DNA of 47,159 nucleotides from a virus (taxonomy: Duplodnaviria > Caudoviricetes), in the IMG/VR virus record IMGVR_UViG_3300008097_000010, positions 1-47,159 of that record; one strand, given 5' to 3'. This document shows positions 1-10,500 of the stretch, one piece after another (the stretch's first letter is position 1; each line of letters begins with the position of its first letter). The notes below the pieces were generated by a model. That model saw nothing but the letters and a program-made list of their open reading frames with translations, did not search any database and was not told the DNA's origin. Position numbers and translations under genes: made by a program.

Positions 1-602
1 CTTTGTCCAGACGTAATAGTAGGATAAACAGAGGCAAAGAAGTCGTCAGCAATGTGATTCGGGATGAAAGCGAACTCGTCAAGAAAGATGACATTATAGG
101 ATCCACCTCGGACAGCAGATGAAGAAGTAGAGTTTGCCGATATTTTTGATCCATTTTCTAATTCAAGTGATCCTTTATTCCAAGATATTATACCTTGTTG
201 CATCCATCGAGGCAAATTTTCATATGCAAGTTGCAATCTGCCAAGTAAATCTCTAGCTGTGGATGCTTTGTTTGCCAGAACAGCAATATTGACATTATCA
301 TTGAAAACCGCATAATGTAATAAGTATGATATACAAGTTGTAGATTTACCTGTCTGACGAGGCATCTTACAAATATTGAATCTATTCTTATGGAATCTAT
401 CGATTAACTTCTCTTGGAAGTCGTACATATTAAAAGGTACTAATCCCTCATCAAGAGAAACAATCTTTATATAATTTCTAGTAAAATATATTGGATCTTC
501 TTTACACTTTAAAAATTCTCGAATATTTTCTTCCGAGAATTCTATAGGAGTATTCGCCTTCTTCAGGTTGGGATTACCTAAGTATACCTCTTGCTGACTC
601 AT
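1..602 (-). CDS. gp17: Terminase large subunit, 5' part (runs off the window)
   Basis: Not in the ORF track. Manual translation from ATG at 602: MSQQEVYLGNPNLKKANTPIE...MPRQTGKST (Walker A)...VRGGSYNVIFLDEFAF (Walker B). Lies downstream of gp16. Confidence 0.97.
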   Translation of the reverse strand, partial: MSQQEVYLGNPNLKKANTPIEFSEENIREFLKCKEDPIYFTRNYIKIVSLDEGLVPFNMYDFQEKLIDRFHKNRFNICKMPRQTGKSTTCISYLLHYAVFNDNVNIAVLANKASTARDLLGRLQLAYENLPRWMQQGIISWNKGSLELENGSKISANSTSSSAVRGGSYNVIFLDEFAFIPNHIADDFFASVYPTITSGQ

Positions 603-619
603 AATATAAAATTAAATTA

Positions 620-889
620 TTAGTTTGCGTATCCTACAGATGAACCTAAAACGGAAGCGTTTGCAGCAAAAATTGCTTCAGTTGGTTTTTTCTCTACAAA
701 CTCAACAGTGTTACCTGGCATTGTAAATGTTCCAATTGTAGTAGATCCTCCAACTTCATCAATAACGGTTACTAATCTTGCAGTACCGCCATTATTACAA
801 AGACGAACCACTGTTGCACTACCAAATGTAGAAGCATTTGCAGCGTCAGTACCACATGCTGCTTGAGACCCTTTAATATTAGTGATCAT
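620..889 (-). CDS. Hypothetical protein, probably virion-associated (89 aa, beta-rich)
   Basis: ORF between gp16 and gp17, preceded by a late-promoter-like AATAAATA at 913-920. Confidence 0.75.
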   Translation of the reverse strand: MITNIKGSQAACGTDAANASTFGSATVVRLCNNGGTARLVTVIDEVGGSTTIGTFTMPGNTVEFVEKKPTEAIFAANASVLGSSVGYAN

Positions 890-895
890 GATTTT

Positions 896-1579
896 TTAAT
901 GTCCTGTATTTGTATTTATTAACTCACTTCTCCAATTAGAAGGATCAAGTGGTTTTGTCTTAATTATATCTATAGTTTCTATTTCATTAAACTGTATACC
1001 ATCAGTATAAGTTTCTACGTTTACTCCACCTTGTACTTCTTCAGTTACACCACTTCTTGTATCTCCACCTATTTTTGTTTTTCTCCCTTGGTTCAGTAGT
1101 CTATCAACTGTTGGTGACAAAAACTTTTTCGCCAAATATGGAAGTGCAAGAAGTCCTGCTAATAATCTCTTCTTTCCTTCATCAAGTGTAGTTTCTTCTT
1201 CTATTTTAAATTCAGATCTCCAATCAGAATATTGTTCAGTCTTTAATTTTGTGGTAAGACCTTGTAATGTTTTTACTAAAGCATTCTTACCAGTAGTTTT
1301 TAAAAAATCTGGTAAATTTTTATTATTATTTACTAAACTTTTAATATCAATCTTTCCAGTTTTCCCAAAATCTTCGACAGAGTTTTTAAATTTCTTGACC
1401 TGTTTACTCTTGTTTAATGTATCACCAAATTCACTTGCATTCTTTGTAATTATATCACTATAAGATTTCTTCTTATCTTCTTTAATCAAATCACCATCAG
1501 CAGTAACTTTATGTCCAGCAGGTATAGATTTACACTTACCAGATGTTCTACAGTAGTATTCTCCTTTAGGGCAACTCAT
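896..1579 (-). CDS. Hypothetical protein (227 aa) with Cys-rich N-terminus and two S(D/N)WRSE motifs; possible internal head protein
   Basis: CPKGEYYCRTSGKC N-terminus, YSDWRSEF and PSNWRSEL, Lys-rich middle, CTAAATA upstream at about 1602-1608. Function is inference. Confidence 0.75.
   Translation of the reverse strand: MSCPKGEYYCRTSGKCKSIPAGHKVTADGDLIKEDKKKSYSDIITKNASEFGDTLNKSKQVKKFKNSVEDFGKTGKIDIKSLVNNNKNLPDFLKTTGKNALVKTLQGLTTKLKTEQYSDWRSEFKIEEETTLDEGKKRLLAGLLALPYLAKKFLSPTVDRLLNQGRKTKIGGDTRSGVTEEVQGGVNVETYTDGIQFNEIETIDIIKTKPLDPSNWRSELINTNTGH
913..920 (-). promoter_or_regulatory. T4-type late promoter (AATAAATA)
   Basis: NATAAATA match about 24 nt upstream of the ATG at 889. Confidence 0.55.
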
Positions 1580-1587
1580 AGCAATTA

Positions 1588-2019
1588 CTATTCTTCCTTA
1601 TTATTTAGAATCTCTTGTTTCAGCATCTTTTGAAGTTCTGATGTACTACCAACAAAAACAGCATTATTAGTAACAGTACTTGGACCTTTAGGTTTATCTT
1701 CATCCAAATCTTTCATCTTCTTTTGAAGATCTGCTAATTTATCAGTAATATCTGCAGTTGATTTTAATACTTGTCCAGCAACTTCATATGCTCTTGGACT
1801 CGCACTTTCACCAGCAAGTTCCATAACTCCATTTAAAGTTTCTTGCCCCTTTTCAATTAATGAATATAACTGTGCTCTTGCATACTTATAATCTTGTTCA
1901 GCCTCGTTAGTAACATCAGTTAATTTATCTTTTCTTCGGACACAACCACCTTCATTAACTTGCTGAACTTCTATTTCAGTATTAAATGCATCATTCAAAT
2001 CGTCATAATTATCTTTCAT
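1588..2019 (-). CDS. gp16: Terminase small subunit
   Basis: DYKYARAQLYSLIEKGQE...SPRAYEVAGQ...TNNAVFVGSTSELQKML is typical of T4 gp16; follows gp15. Confidence 0.95.
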   Translation of the reverse strand: MKDNYDDLNDAFNTEIEVQQVNEGGCVRRKDKLTDVTNEAEQDYKYARAQLYSLIEKGQETLNGVMELAGESASPRAYEVAGQVLKSTADITDKLADLQKKMKDLDEDKPKGPSTVTNNAVFVGSTSELQKMLKQEILNNKEE

Positions 2020-2021
2020 GA

Positions 2022-2867
2022 TTAAATATCTATCTTACGAGTTGGACTGAATTCTTTACCGTCACCAAAGAAAGTTGAAGTTTCAGTGAACCCAAAATCA
2101 TCTCCCAATGGAATTAGTGGATCATCTGCTTCATCAATTACTTTATCATCATTATAATCTTTTTTCGCTTTAGCAGCAACGGTATACCTCATTTCACGAG
2201 ATGCTGTTCTTGTATCAGTATCAGTATAGTAATCCAATTGAACCTTACGAATAAGTCCATCTGTAGTATCTGCAATAGGACCAAACATATAAGTCTTAGC
2301 AGTAAAAGTAAGAGTGTAAATTAATGCTCTTCTGGTTTCAAAATTTCCTTCATAATCATCAGTAAATTCTATATTATCAAGAACGATTGGAACATCTCTT
2401 TTTTCACCAATAGATTTTGCTAAATCTATTGATAAAGTAAATCCTGGTTGAAAAAATGGTAATACCTGCTCAATTATTTGTAGCGAATCATCCTGCAATT
2501 TAGTAAGGATATTTAATTCAAATCCCAAATTATATGGGACTGGCATAAAAACTTTCTTATAATTTTTACCATCTTTTGCTTTAAATGTTTGTGTTACACC
2601 AGCCTTTCTACTTGGATCATATGAAATATTATTAACTTCAAAAGACATTCTTGGAAGTTCTATTTGAACTGCCCTATTCAAGTCTGGTTGTTGTTCCAAT
2701 CTTGCTAAAAACTTTTGTCGTGGTCCATATGATATAGGAACCTTTATATCATTAAGATCCTTCCCAGAAGCATCTTGATGTCTAACATGAACATCATTAA
2801 ACAGTGTACCGAAAGCAATAACGGTTTTTCTTATTATCTCGTGATAAAAATAAGTTCCTAACATCAA
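2022..2867 (-). CDS. gp15: Tail sheath stabiliser / tail terminator
   Basis: YFYHEIIRKTVIAFGTLFN, KVPISYGPRQKFLARL, LPRMSFE, PVPYNLGFEL; synteny gp13-14-15-16. Confidence 0.96.
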   Translation of the reverse strand: MMLGTYFYHEIIRKTVIAFGTLFNDVHVRHQDASGKDLNDIKVPISYGPRQKFLARLEQQPDLNRAVQIELPRMSFEVNNISYDPSRKAGVTQTFKAKDGKNYKKVFMPVPYNLGFELNILTKLQDDSLQIIEQVLPFFQPGFTLSIDLAKSIGEKRDVPIVLDNIEFTDDYEGNFETRRALIYTLTFTAKTYMFGPIADTTDGLIRKVQLDYYTDTDTRTASREMRYTVAAKAKKDYNDDKVIDEADDPLIPLGDDFGFTETSTFFGDGKEFSPTRKIDI

Positions 2868-4270
2868 TAATTACCAAATGGATTTGTTTCAGTGAAGTCT
2901 AAAATATCGTCTCCAAGTCCTTCAAACTCATCACCAGTGTTATATTTATCGTCAATATCTTCTTGCTTAAATATAGCAACACTATATTCAGCACCAGATT
3001 CTTTACCAATTATAGATTCTCCTGTACGGAATCCAGCAATAGTCGAACCTATACCAACATTGGAAATCTTAAGTATAAGGGTATCTCTATCCCAAGATTT
3101 AACTATTGCTTGTGTCTTAGAAAGAGAACCTTCAATTGTTTCATTAAATATATAAGTTCCAATACCGACCATAGATTCTGGATCAGCAATTGTTACTGTT
3201 GGTGCTACAGAATATCCAATTCCTGGATTCTCTACGTATATACTTCTAACAATCCTGTCTGATCCAGATAGTCCAAGAGATGTTATTCCAGTTGCTCTGG
3301 TTCCTGCACCTGGAGCCTCTATTGTTACTGTTGGTGCAGTTCCATATCCAACACCACCATCATTAACACTAAATCTTATAGCACCATTATATACAGTTTC
3401 AATAGAACAAGTAGCTGCTGCACCTGCACCACCTCCACCACTAATAGTAATAGATGGTGTCATAGTATAACCAGCACCAGCACTTGTTAGTAAAATCTTC
3501 TCAATTGATGTAATATTTGCTCTAGTTGTCAAAAGTCCAACTGCTCTTGCAGTATCTCCTGTAGGGGATTCTGTAAATGTAATTATTGGATTTGCTGTAA
3601 ATCCATAACCATCATTATTCAAAAATACTTCTCTTACATATCCAATACCTATTGTGGATGTTGCTAATGCAGTTCTACCAACACCAACTAATTGTAATTG
3701 TGTAATATATCCTTCATCTTCAACTTGTGTGTCAATTGCATCAATAGAAGTATCAATAACCTCATCCTCATATTCAAAGAGTTCGCATTTAAGTTGATAG
3801 ACATAATTTTTTCCCAACTGATAGAAAGGATCTTCATGCTCTACAAACTTTATTTCAAATAATCTTTGTCCTAATGGAAAATAAACTAAATCTCCTTCTC
3901 TTGGTCGAGTAGCAAGAGTTATTCCAGTATCACTTCCATCTACCAATCCAGCCATAAATGGAGAAATAAAATCTTCAAATCTTTCTTTTGAAACGGTAAG
4001 AGTAACTTCATCCCTTAAACTCATTCCAAATTTAGTCATTAAATCACCTTGTCCACTATATCCATCATAAGTATTAACATACGCTTCTATAGTAAAGTTA
4101 TCATCAAATTTAGATGATTGAACTTCATTTAATATATTATCAACTTCTACAAATTTTCTGGGTATGTAAGTTACATCAACTCCATAAATTTTTAATTGTT
4201 CATTAATTAATTCTTGAACTAATCTTTGTTCACTAGAAGAACCTTGTAGAAAAAACGGATTTAATGCCAT
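2864..4270 (-). CDS. gp14: Neck protein (head completion), cyanophage long form
   Basis: MALNPFF...EQLKIYGVDVTYIPR...RPREGDLVYFP...EHEDPFYQLGK; C-terminal DFTETNPFG; inserted GxGY..P.(V/I)T repeats. Confidence 0.95.
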   Translation of the reverse strand: MALNPFFLQGSSSEQRLVQELINEQLKIYGVDVTYIPRKFVEVDNILNEVQSSKFDDNFTIEAYVNTYDGYSGQGDLMTKFGMSLRDEVTLTVSKERFEDFISPFMAGLVDGSDTGITLATRPREGDLVYFPLGQRLFEIKFVEHEDPFYQLGKNYVYQLKCELFEYEDEVIDTSIDAIDTQVEDEGYITQLQLVGVGRTALATSTIGIGYVREVFLNNDGYGFTANPIITFTESPTGDTARAVGLLTTRANITSIEKILLTSAGAGYTMTPSITISGGGGAGAAATCSIETVYNGAIRFSVNDGGVGYGTAPTVTIEAPGAGTRATGITSLGLSGSDRIVRSIYVENPGIGYSVAPTVTIADPESMVGIGTYIFNETIEGSLSKTQAIVKSWDRDTLILKISNVGIGSTIAGFRTGESIIGKESGAEYSVAIFKQEDIDDKYNTGDEFEGLGDDILDFTETNPFGNY

Positions 4271-4276
4271 ATCCCA

Positions 4277-5122
4277 TTAACCTACAAAATCATATGGTGG
4301 TAATTCATACTCATTTGCCATTCTTTGCCTAATGCTATCAATTTCTCTTTCAGCATCATCATATATTTCTCTCCCATTCAATTCTATGCCACCTGGAAGT
4401 TTAACTCCTTTAAACTTAATTAGATTTTGACCCCATTGCCTTTTAATCAATGCAGTTAAATATAGTTTCAAGAAACTATCATTATAGACTTGAGTAAATG
4501 AATTTGGATCTAATGCCCTATAACAATCAAGAACCAAATACGTATCAGCACTTTCTGAACCCCAATCAATATCCAAATATAATCTATCCTGTCTCTTATT
4601 AAATCTTACTTGCTTATCAGTTGTTAATAGAAAATCAATATCCTCAAGATATGATTTTACCATAGCATATTGAAGAAGTTCTACTGAATTAAAATTATAA
4701 AGATCATTTAAAAATAACTGATATTTAATACTAAACATACCACCTGAAATGGTATTACTATCAAATCTAAATATCTTTTCTATACCAACTACAGAATCTG
4801 GTACTTGTAAAAAATTAGAAGTCTCATACCAGTTACTTGTGGTAGTTCCATAACCTGATATATTTGTAGAAGTAGCAGTTGTAGTTACAATACCAACTCC
4901 ATCAGTACTTTTTGCTTGCCCTCTATCAAGATCTGCTTGTGTAAGTTTGTACTTCAAGTACATTCTCTCTACACCATCAAAATGACGTTCTTGAAATAAT
5001 TGCAGAGCATCATCAACTAAGTCATCAATTTGATCATCATCAATATTGATTTCTAAAACAGGAGCACCCAGTTTTCTTAAACAGTAATCTACTAATTGTG
5101 TTCTACTTGCTGGTTTTGCCAT
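4277..5122 (-). CDS. gp13: Neck protein (head-tail adaptor)
   Basis: YCLRKLGAPVLEINIDDDQ...KRQWGQNLIKFKGVKLPGG. Confidence 0.96.
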   Translation of the reverse strand: MAKPASRTQLVDYCLRKLGAPVLEINIDDDQIDDLVDDALQLFQERHFDGVERMYLKYKLTQADLDRGQAKSTDGVGIVTTTATSTNISGYGTTTSNWYETSNFLQVPDSVVGIEKIFRFDSNTISGGMFSIKYQLFLNDLYNFNSVELLQYAMVKSYLEDIDFLLTTDKQVRFNKRQDRLYLDIDWGSESADTYLVLDCYRALDPNSFTQVYNDSFLKLYLTALIKRQWGQNLIKFKGVKLPGGIELNGREIYDDAEREIDSIRQRMANEYELPPYDFVG

Positions 5123-5324
5123 CTTTAAGTTTCAGTTTCTGATTTTCTTCTTGTAAAGTAACTATCTCTTGTTGAAGAAGTTTTGTTTCTTCGTCAAAAT
5201 CATTTTTTAAGGTTTGTAACTTTGCTTCTAAAAGTACATTTTGATTTAATGATTGTGCCAATTTACCATTATATAAACTCACAAGAACATTAACATCAAC
5301 GTCACCATTATTTTGTTGTTGCAT
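5103..5324 (-). CDS. Small coiled-coil protein, possibly a fibre assembly chaperone
   Basis: Heptad-rich 73 aa directly after the fibre gene and overlapping the gp13 start. Function inferred from position. Confidence 0.75.
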   Translation of the reverse strand: MQQQNNGDVDVNVLVSLYNGKLAQSLNQNVLLEAKLQTLKNDFDEETKLLQQEIVTLQEENQKLKLKDGKTSK

Positions 5325-5335
5325 AATTTTTAAAG

Positions 5336-6937
5336 TTAGAACGTACCCCCATCAAGTGTTGAAGTCCAATGAGGCTTATTAGTATATATCACAGAAATTG
5401 AATCGGGTACTACAGAAAGATTTTCAACCGAACCATTTTGTCCTTCTCTTCTAATATTGTAAGTATCAGTAAATGTACCTTCAACACCTATCAAAGATAA
5501 TGCTGCTGTACTTCCACCAGACTCAACAATACCATAAGCATTAGTAGTATCTTGTCTAATAATATCTCCAGTAGTTACTGTTACATTACTTGGTAATGCA
5601 AGAGTATTCTTAGTAATGGCAGTCATTACCTGCTTAGATGTTATTACTGGAGATGCTGCTGCATTAGTTGATGTTTGTAAACCATTTTCATCAAAGTATA
5701 CAACACCATGAGTATTATAATCAGGAGTCTGATAATAGATTCCTTTAATATCTAAGAATCCTCTTGTACCAGCTACTGTATTGCTTGCTGTAGTTGCATC
5801 AGGAACATAAGTCCATGATCTTTCTGGTGCATTACTTGCAGGATTTGTATCAGCATCTACATAACCAAAGAAACCAGTTTTATTATTTGCAGTACCAATA
5901 CCAGTATTATAATTAAATGCTATACCACGATCAGTATTAGTATCGTAAGCATGAGTAATTGTTAATTCTGTTGTAGTTGTAATACCTGCACTTGTAGACC
6001 CTTCAATTGTAATAATTTTATTTGTTATATCAATAGCAGTTGTTGTTGTTAATCCACTATTAGGTAAGGAATTACTACCTGTAATTGTATCTCCAGTATT
6101 AATACCTATAACAGAGTCAAGTCTTATAGTAGAAATACCAGTTGCTACTGGAGTCATTACAGTTCTTACACTTGTAACATCACCAATAGTAAATATTGGG
6201 TCATTAACAGTAACAGCAGTTGAATTAACAGCAGTTGTTGTACCATCAACTTGTAAGTTACCTTTAATAATAACATCACCCTGATTACTCAATCCATCGG
6301 GAAATGGGTCAATAAACAGTTTATCACCAGCACCACTTACAGTTGAAATAATATTATCTTCTATTCTAACTTTACCAAAATATGATGCAGTAGATACATT
6401 CAACGGGGTGTTGAACATAACTTCAGCACCAGAAAATGTTAATCTATCATCTCCATCTTCATTATACTCAATCTTAGCATCCTTATCACTACCAAATGAC
6501 ATAAACTGATCATCTGGAATATTAATATGCCCAACACCTGCTGGATCTAAAATGATATCTCCATCAGAATTAGTAGAAGATACTGTATTTCCATCTATTC
6601 TAATATTATCTACATTCCATTGATCAACTTTAAGTGATTCAGCACCACCTAATGCAGAGTTTGCTGACGGTCCCATAACCGCAACAATACCTCTATCAGT
6701 ATTTCTTGAATTTTGAACACCTTCAACCGTACCTGGACTGTGCTCCATCATTGAAGTATAATAATGTCCACCTACTGGGAAAACATTACTACCATCATCA
6801 CCAACAAATATCCTGTCCTTATATTGATTTGTACCACCGTAACTACCTATGCCAGTTACATAGGCCATTTCACCCCAATTTAGACTGGCTGGTTTAGTAG
6901 TTCCAGAGGATCTTTTGATCCTAATTATACTAGCCAT
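5336..6937 (-). CDS. Fibre-like virion protein (533 aa)
   Basis: MASIIRIKRS...L.WGEMAY fibre-type N-terminus; GNLQVDGTTTAVNST and DRGIAF shaft motifs; C-terminal LDGGTF. Confidence 0.85.
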   Translation of the reverse strand: MASIIRIKRSSGTTKPASLNWGEMAYVTGIGSYGGTNQYKDRIFVGDDGSNVFPVGGHYYTSMMEHSPGTVEGVQNSRNTDRGIVAVMGPSANSALGGAESLKVDQWNVDNIRIDGNTVSSTNSDGDIILDPAGVGHINIPDDQFMSFGSDKDAKIEYNEDGDDRLTFSGAEVMFNTPLNVSTASYFGKVRIEDNIISTVSGAGDKLFIDPFPDGLSNQGDVIIKGNLQVDGTTTAVNSTAVTVNDPIFTIGDVTSVRTVMTPVATGISTIRLDSVIGINTGDTITGSNSLPNSGLTTTTAIDITNKIITIEGSTSAGITTTTELTITHAYDTNTDRGIAFNYNTGIGTANNKTGFFGYVDADTNPASNAPERSWTYVPDATTASNTVAGTRGFLDIKGIYYQTPDYNTHGVVYFDENGLQTSTNAAASPVITSKQVMTAITKNTLALPSNVTVTTGDIIRQDTTNAYGIVESGGSTAALSLIGVEGTFTDTYNIRREGQNGSVENLSVVPDSISVIYTNKPHWTSTLDGGTF

Positions 6938-7165
6938 TTAAAAATTTCCCCCATTGATGTCTAAATTCTGCTCCGATCCTGGAGTCAGTGTTAATGTAGC
7001 GTCCCATTTTTGGGTTGCACCGTTATATACCAAAACCATGCCATTTAGTAAGTTCGAGGCGTTGACATCGCTGAGTTCAGCTAAGGAAAGACCTTGGGCT
7101 CCTGCAAGCGAAGAAAGAACTTTAACAGCATTTTGTTGCCCTACTCTGACCTTTATATCTGCCAT
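6938..7165 (-). CDS. Small virion/fibre-associated protein (75 aa)
   Basis: LAELSDVN...GMVLVYNGATQKW...INGGNF motifs typical of fibre-associated repeats; late promoter upstream. Confidence 0.8.
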   Translation of the reverse strand: MADIKVRVGQQNAVKVLSSLAGAQGLSLAELSDVNASNLLNGMVLVYNGATQKWDATLTLTPGSEQNLDINGGNF

Positions 7166-7194
7166 TTATGTAAGCAATTCAGAATCTATATATT

Positions 7195-7202
7195 TATTTA
7201 TA
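7195..7202 (-). promoter_or_regulatory. T4-type late promoter TATAAATA
   Basis: Exact consensus in the intergenic gap about 30 nt upstream of the ATG at 7165. Confidence 0.8.
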
Positions 7203-7204
7203 TT

Positions 7205-7411
7205 TTATGAGATTGGTTTATTATTAGTTAATTGCTTCAAGAGCATTTTTATTTCATCAATATCTTTTTTCATTTCATCCAATTCTAATTTTTGATCAAC
7301 TTTCTTATTTCTTGATGAAATGTAACTATAATATTCTTTATTATCAGTATTTAATATAGCACCTGTTTTTTCATCACGAAACAGGTTTTTATGTCCTTCA
7401 ACTGGTATCAT
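7205..7411 (-). CDS. Conserved T4-like hypothetical protein (68 aa)
   Basis: VEGHKNLFRDEKTGAILN plus a C-terminal coiled coil; this type of gene commonly follows DUF4815-type genes. Confidence 0.85.
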   Translation of the reverse strand: MIPVEGHKNLFRDEKTGAILNTDNKEYYSYISSRNKKVDQKLELDEMKKDIDEIKMLLKQLTNNKPIS

Positions 7412-7545
7412 ATCTGATTAAAAGGATAATGTTTTAATTTTTCTTCAACCGTTCTAAAATCAAAAGGTAAAAAGAATTTAATCAATTTTCCAGATCCAAA
7501 TGGGTCTAAAATAAATTTAACTGGAGGATTAATAGTATTCCTCAC
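7408..7545 (-). CDS. Small unannotated ORF (45 aa)
   Basis: GTG at 7545 overlaps the upstream TGA, and its own TGA overlaps the next ATG: MRNTINPPVKFILDPFGSGKLIKFFLPFDFRTVEEKLKHYPFNQI. Confidence 0.6.
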   Translation of the reverse strand: MRNTINPPVKFILDPFGSGKLIKFFLPFDFRTVEEKLKHYPFNQI

Positions 7546-10500
7546 GCTAAAGCAATTGCTCTAAAGTCTTTCAATCTGACTGGAACAGATTCATTAGTAG
7601 AAGTCATTACTATCTTAATATTAAATCCACTGAATTGTTCCAAATCATTTACCGTAAATTGATATTCTGAGAAACCATCTATATTATTAGATTCAACTTT
7701 AGCATCTGCTCTACCATCATTCTTAGAAGAATCTATAATCTCATCACCAAAACCATCACCATCCAAATCAATTAAATTCGTATATCCTGGGAATGGTCTG
7801 TATGATTGAGAAACCTCTGTAGAATCTGCACTATACAATCTATAGAATACTCTTATATCTGCTTCTGATCTAACATTAGCAGCAACTAACACTCTAATTG
7901 AAGTTGCTGGTTGTGCCAAATTAACTCTCTTAGATATAAACATAGATCCATGAGGATCATCAAGTACAGCATTTGTTCTACTATCTGTATCATAATTATC
8001 AACACCGATAGGATTATTGATCTTATTTCTACCCAATTCAAACATAGCATTCTTAATATCCAATACAGGAGATAAATTCTTATCTGTTGAAGTCATATCA
8101 ACTTTCAAAGTAACTGATTTATGCTTAGGAAGATTTGTCAATCTTTCTGATTCATTTGTCTTAGAACAACATAATCTTGGAGTTGGGAAGAATGTAGTCT
8201 CATTTAATATAGTTGGTTCAAATCCTTGATCAATAAAGGATATTTCATTTCCACCAGCACTTGTACCACTAACAGTTCTTATTGATGCAGAAGCACGAGT
8301 TCCATTTCCAGGTGTAATTACATTAAATTTAGGTGATAAAGAACTAAACTGGTGATTTTGAGATACTTTTACGGAATTTCCACCAACTCCTTTTTCATCA
8401 GTAAAACATAACATAGTTTTACCTGATGATCTTGAACTTGTACCTCTATCAATTTCTAAGAAATAATTGTCAATATTTGAAGCATTTCTTAATGTTGTAT
8501 TAGATGGTAAATTTATTGTGCTATTAATTCCGACTAATGGGAATCCATTTATTTGATAAGGTTGAATAGTTGATCCTTTTGCATGAACTGAAGCAGTTGA
8601 ATCCTCAAGACCTCTGGAAGATAGTGCTAATTTATTCTGATGATCCAATACATATTCGACAATTTCTTGACCAATAAGTGCTTGACCTCTATCAGTAACA
8701 ATACCAGCAAACTGTACAAAACATGAAGTATCAGCAACAGATACTGATGTTGAAGATTCAGTTATTTCTAAAGAAGTTTGAGTTAAAATAGAATCTGGTT
8801 TAATATTTTGTATCTTAACAACATTATTAATCCCATGATGTGCATGATTAGGTTGAGTAATTTCTAATACATTACCTGTATTAATATCACTAAGTACTTG
8901 AGAACCATTAGAACCGATTGTAGTACCAGCAACTTCTGTTCTGGTATCATTAGATGCTCCATAATGAATTAATTGATCTCCATTTGTAAATTCTTGTCCC
9001 TGAACATCTGTTAGATACAATGTATCAAGTGCAGAATTTATTTTAGCAACAGCAAATCTTGCTCCATATCCACTGGTAACAAGAGCACTACTGTTATCAA
9101 TAGTAAGAATGTCTCCTACAACATATCCAGTACCTGATGTAATATTAGTTAAACCATTTGCATCTATAATACCATTAGTAATACTAACAGATACTGTTGC
9201 TCCAGATCCATTACCAGTTACTGCCTTAAGTGGTATTAAATTAGTATTAGTAAATGCATAGTCATTTCCTCTTGCAATAATTTCAAGTTCACTTTCGGCT
9301 GGAGATGCGTTAGTATCTAATCCAGAACCAATTCTTTCAATAATTCCAGTAACACTAGAATCTTCTGGATCTGCTATAGCACCAGTACTTACCTTTCTTC
9401 CTATAGGAAGTGTTGCAGAAGCTGCTGTTCCACTTAAGGAAACTTTAAGTTTTCTTGGATGAGTTCTAATTGGATTATTTGATAATGTTTGAGTATTTTC
9501 ATTACCTGGTTCAATAGGACTATTATAGAAGGTAACAGTACCTGAAGGAACGAATGATGCCTTATAAAGTGTAAAGGTTAAATCTTGATATTGACTTGGA
9601 GTCCAAATAGTTCCGTTTTGTGACTTAAATAAACTACCACCAATATATTGTTTCGTAACAATAGCACTCTCAACATCAGGTAAATTAGCAGTCCTAATAG
9701 TCTTCTGACCCATTGTAGAAACCCACATCTCATATAAGTCTGAAGAAGGAGATAAGAATACAATAGCATATTCTTTACCTGCTTCCAAATAAACAGGAGA
9801 TGGGAATCTAATATTTGTTGCTATAGATGCATCATCTGATACTTGAATATCATCTGGACTTAATGCAACTTGAGCATAATCTTGCACAAGGAAACTTGTT
9901 GGAGTACCTAATTCAACATCTCTAAGTTCTACAAATACTCTGGCATTAGGATCTTTACTTGCAAAATAAACATCAAATGATGTTAAGAATGCTCCACTCT
10001 CATCAACAGCAAATGACTGTGCCAAGGGATCTCTATATGGAGCTTCAACTCTCACAGTATCTGATTCTTGATTTACAGAAACTTGATGTGTTATGGAATT
10101 AGGTTTCTGTGTAGGTGCAGGTGGAACTCTAACTCCAACCGTTGATGTTGCCTGAGTTAAAATACTACCTGTTCCAGTATAAGTTCCAGATGCATCACTT
10201 GCATAAGCAGTGCTTCCTGGTAAAGTAACAGTTCCAGGAGGTGTAGCAGTTATCCTAAAGGTTTTAGTTCCAGTATAGAATAAATTATGTGGCATTGGGG
10301 ACTGGTTAGCATCTCTAAAGAAAAATGTTCCTAATACATCACCCCAATTATCAGAATATAATGAAACATCAGTTACAGTAGCATTAGCACCACTTTGCTC
10401 ACCTACAATATTAGCACCATCAACAACATATCCATAGTAACTTGGACTGTTTGCCAATGCAACTATATCAATATTAAACAGTTTAGAAGTTGCTGAATAT

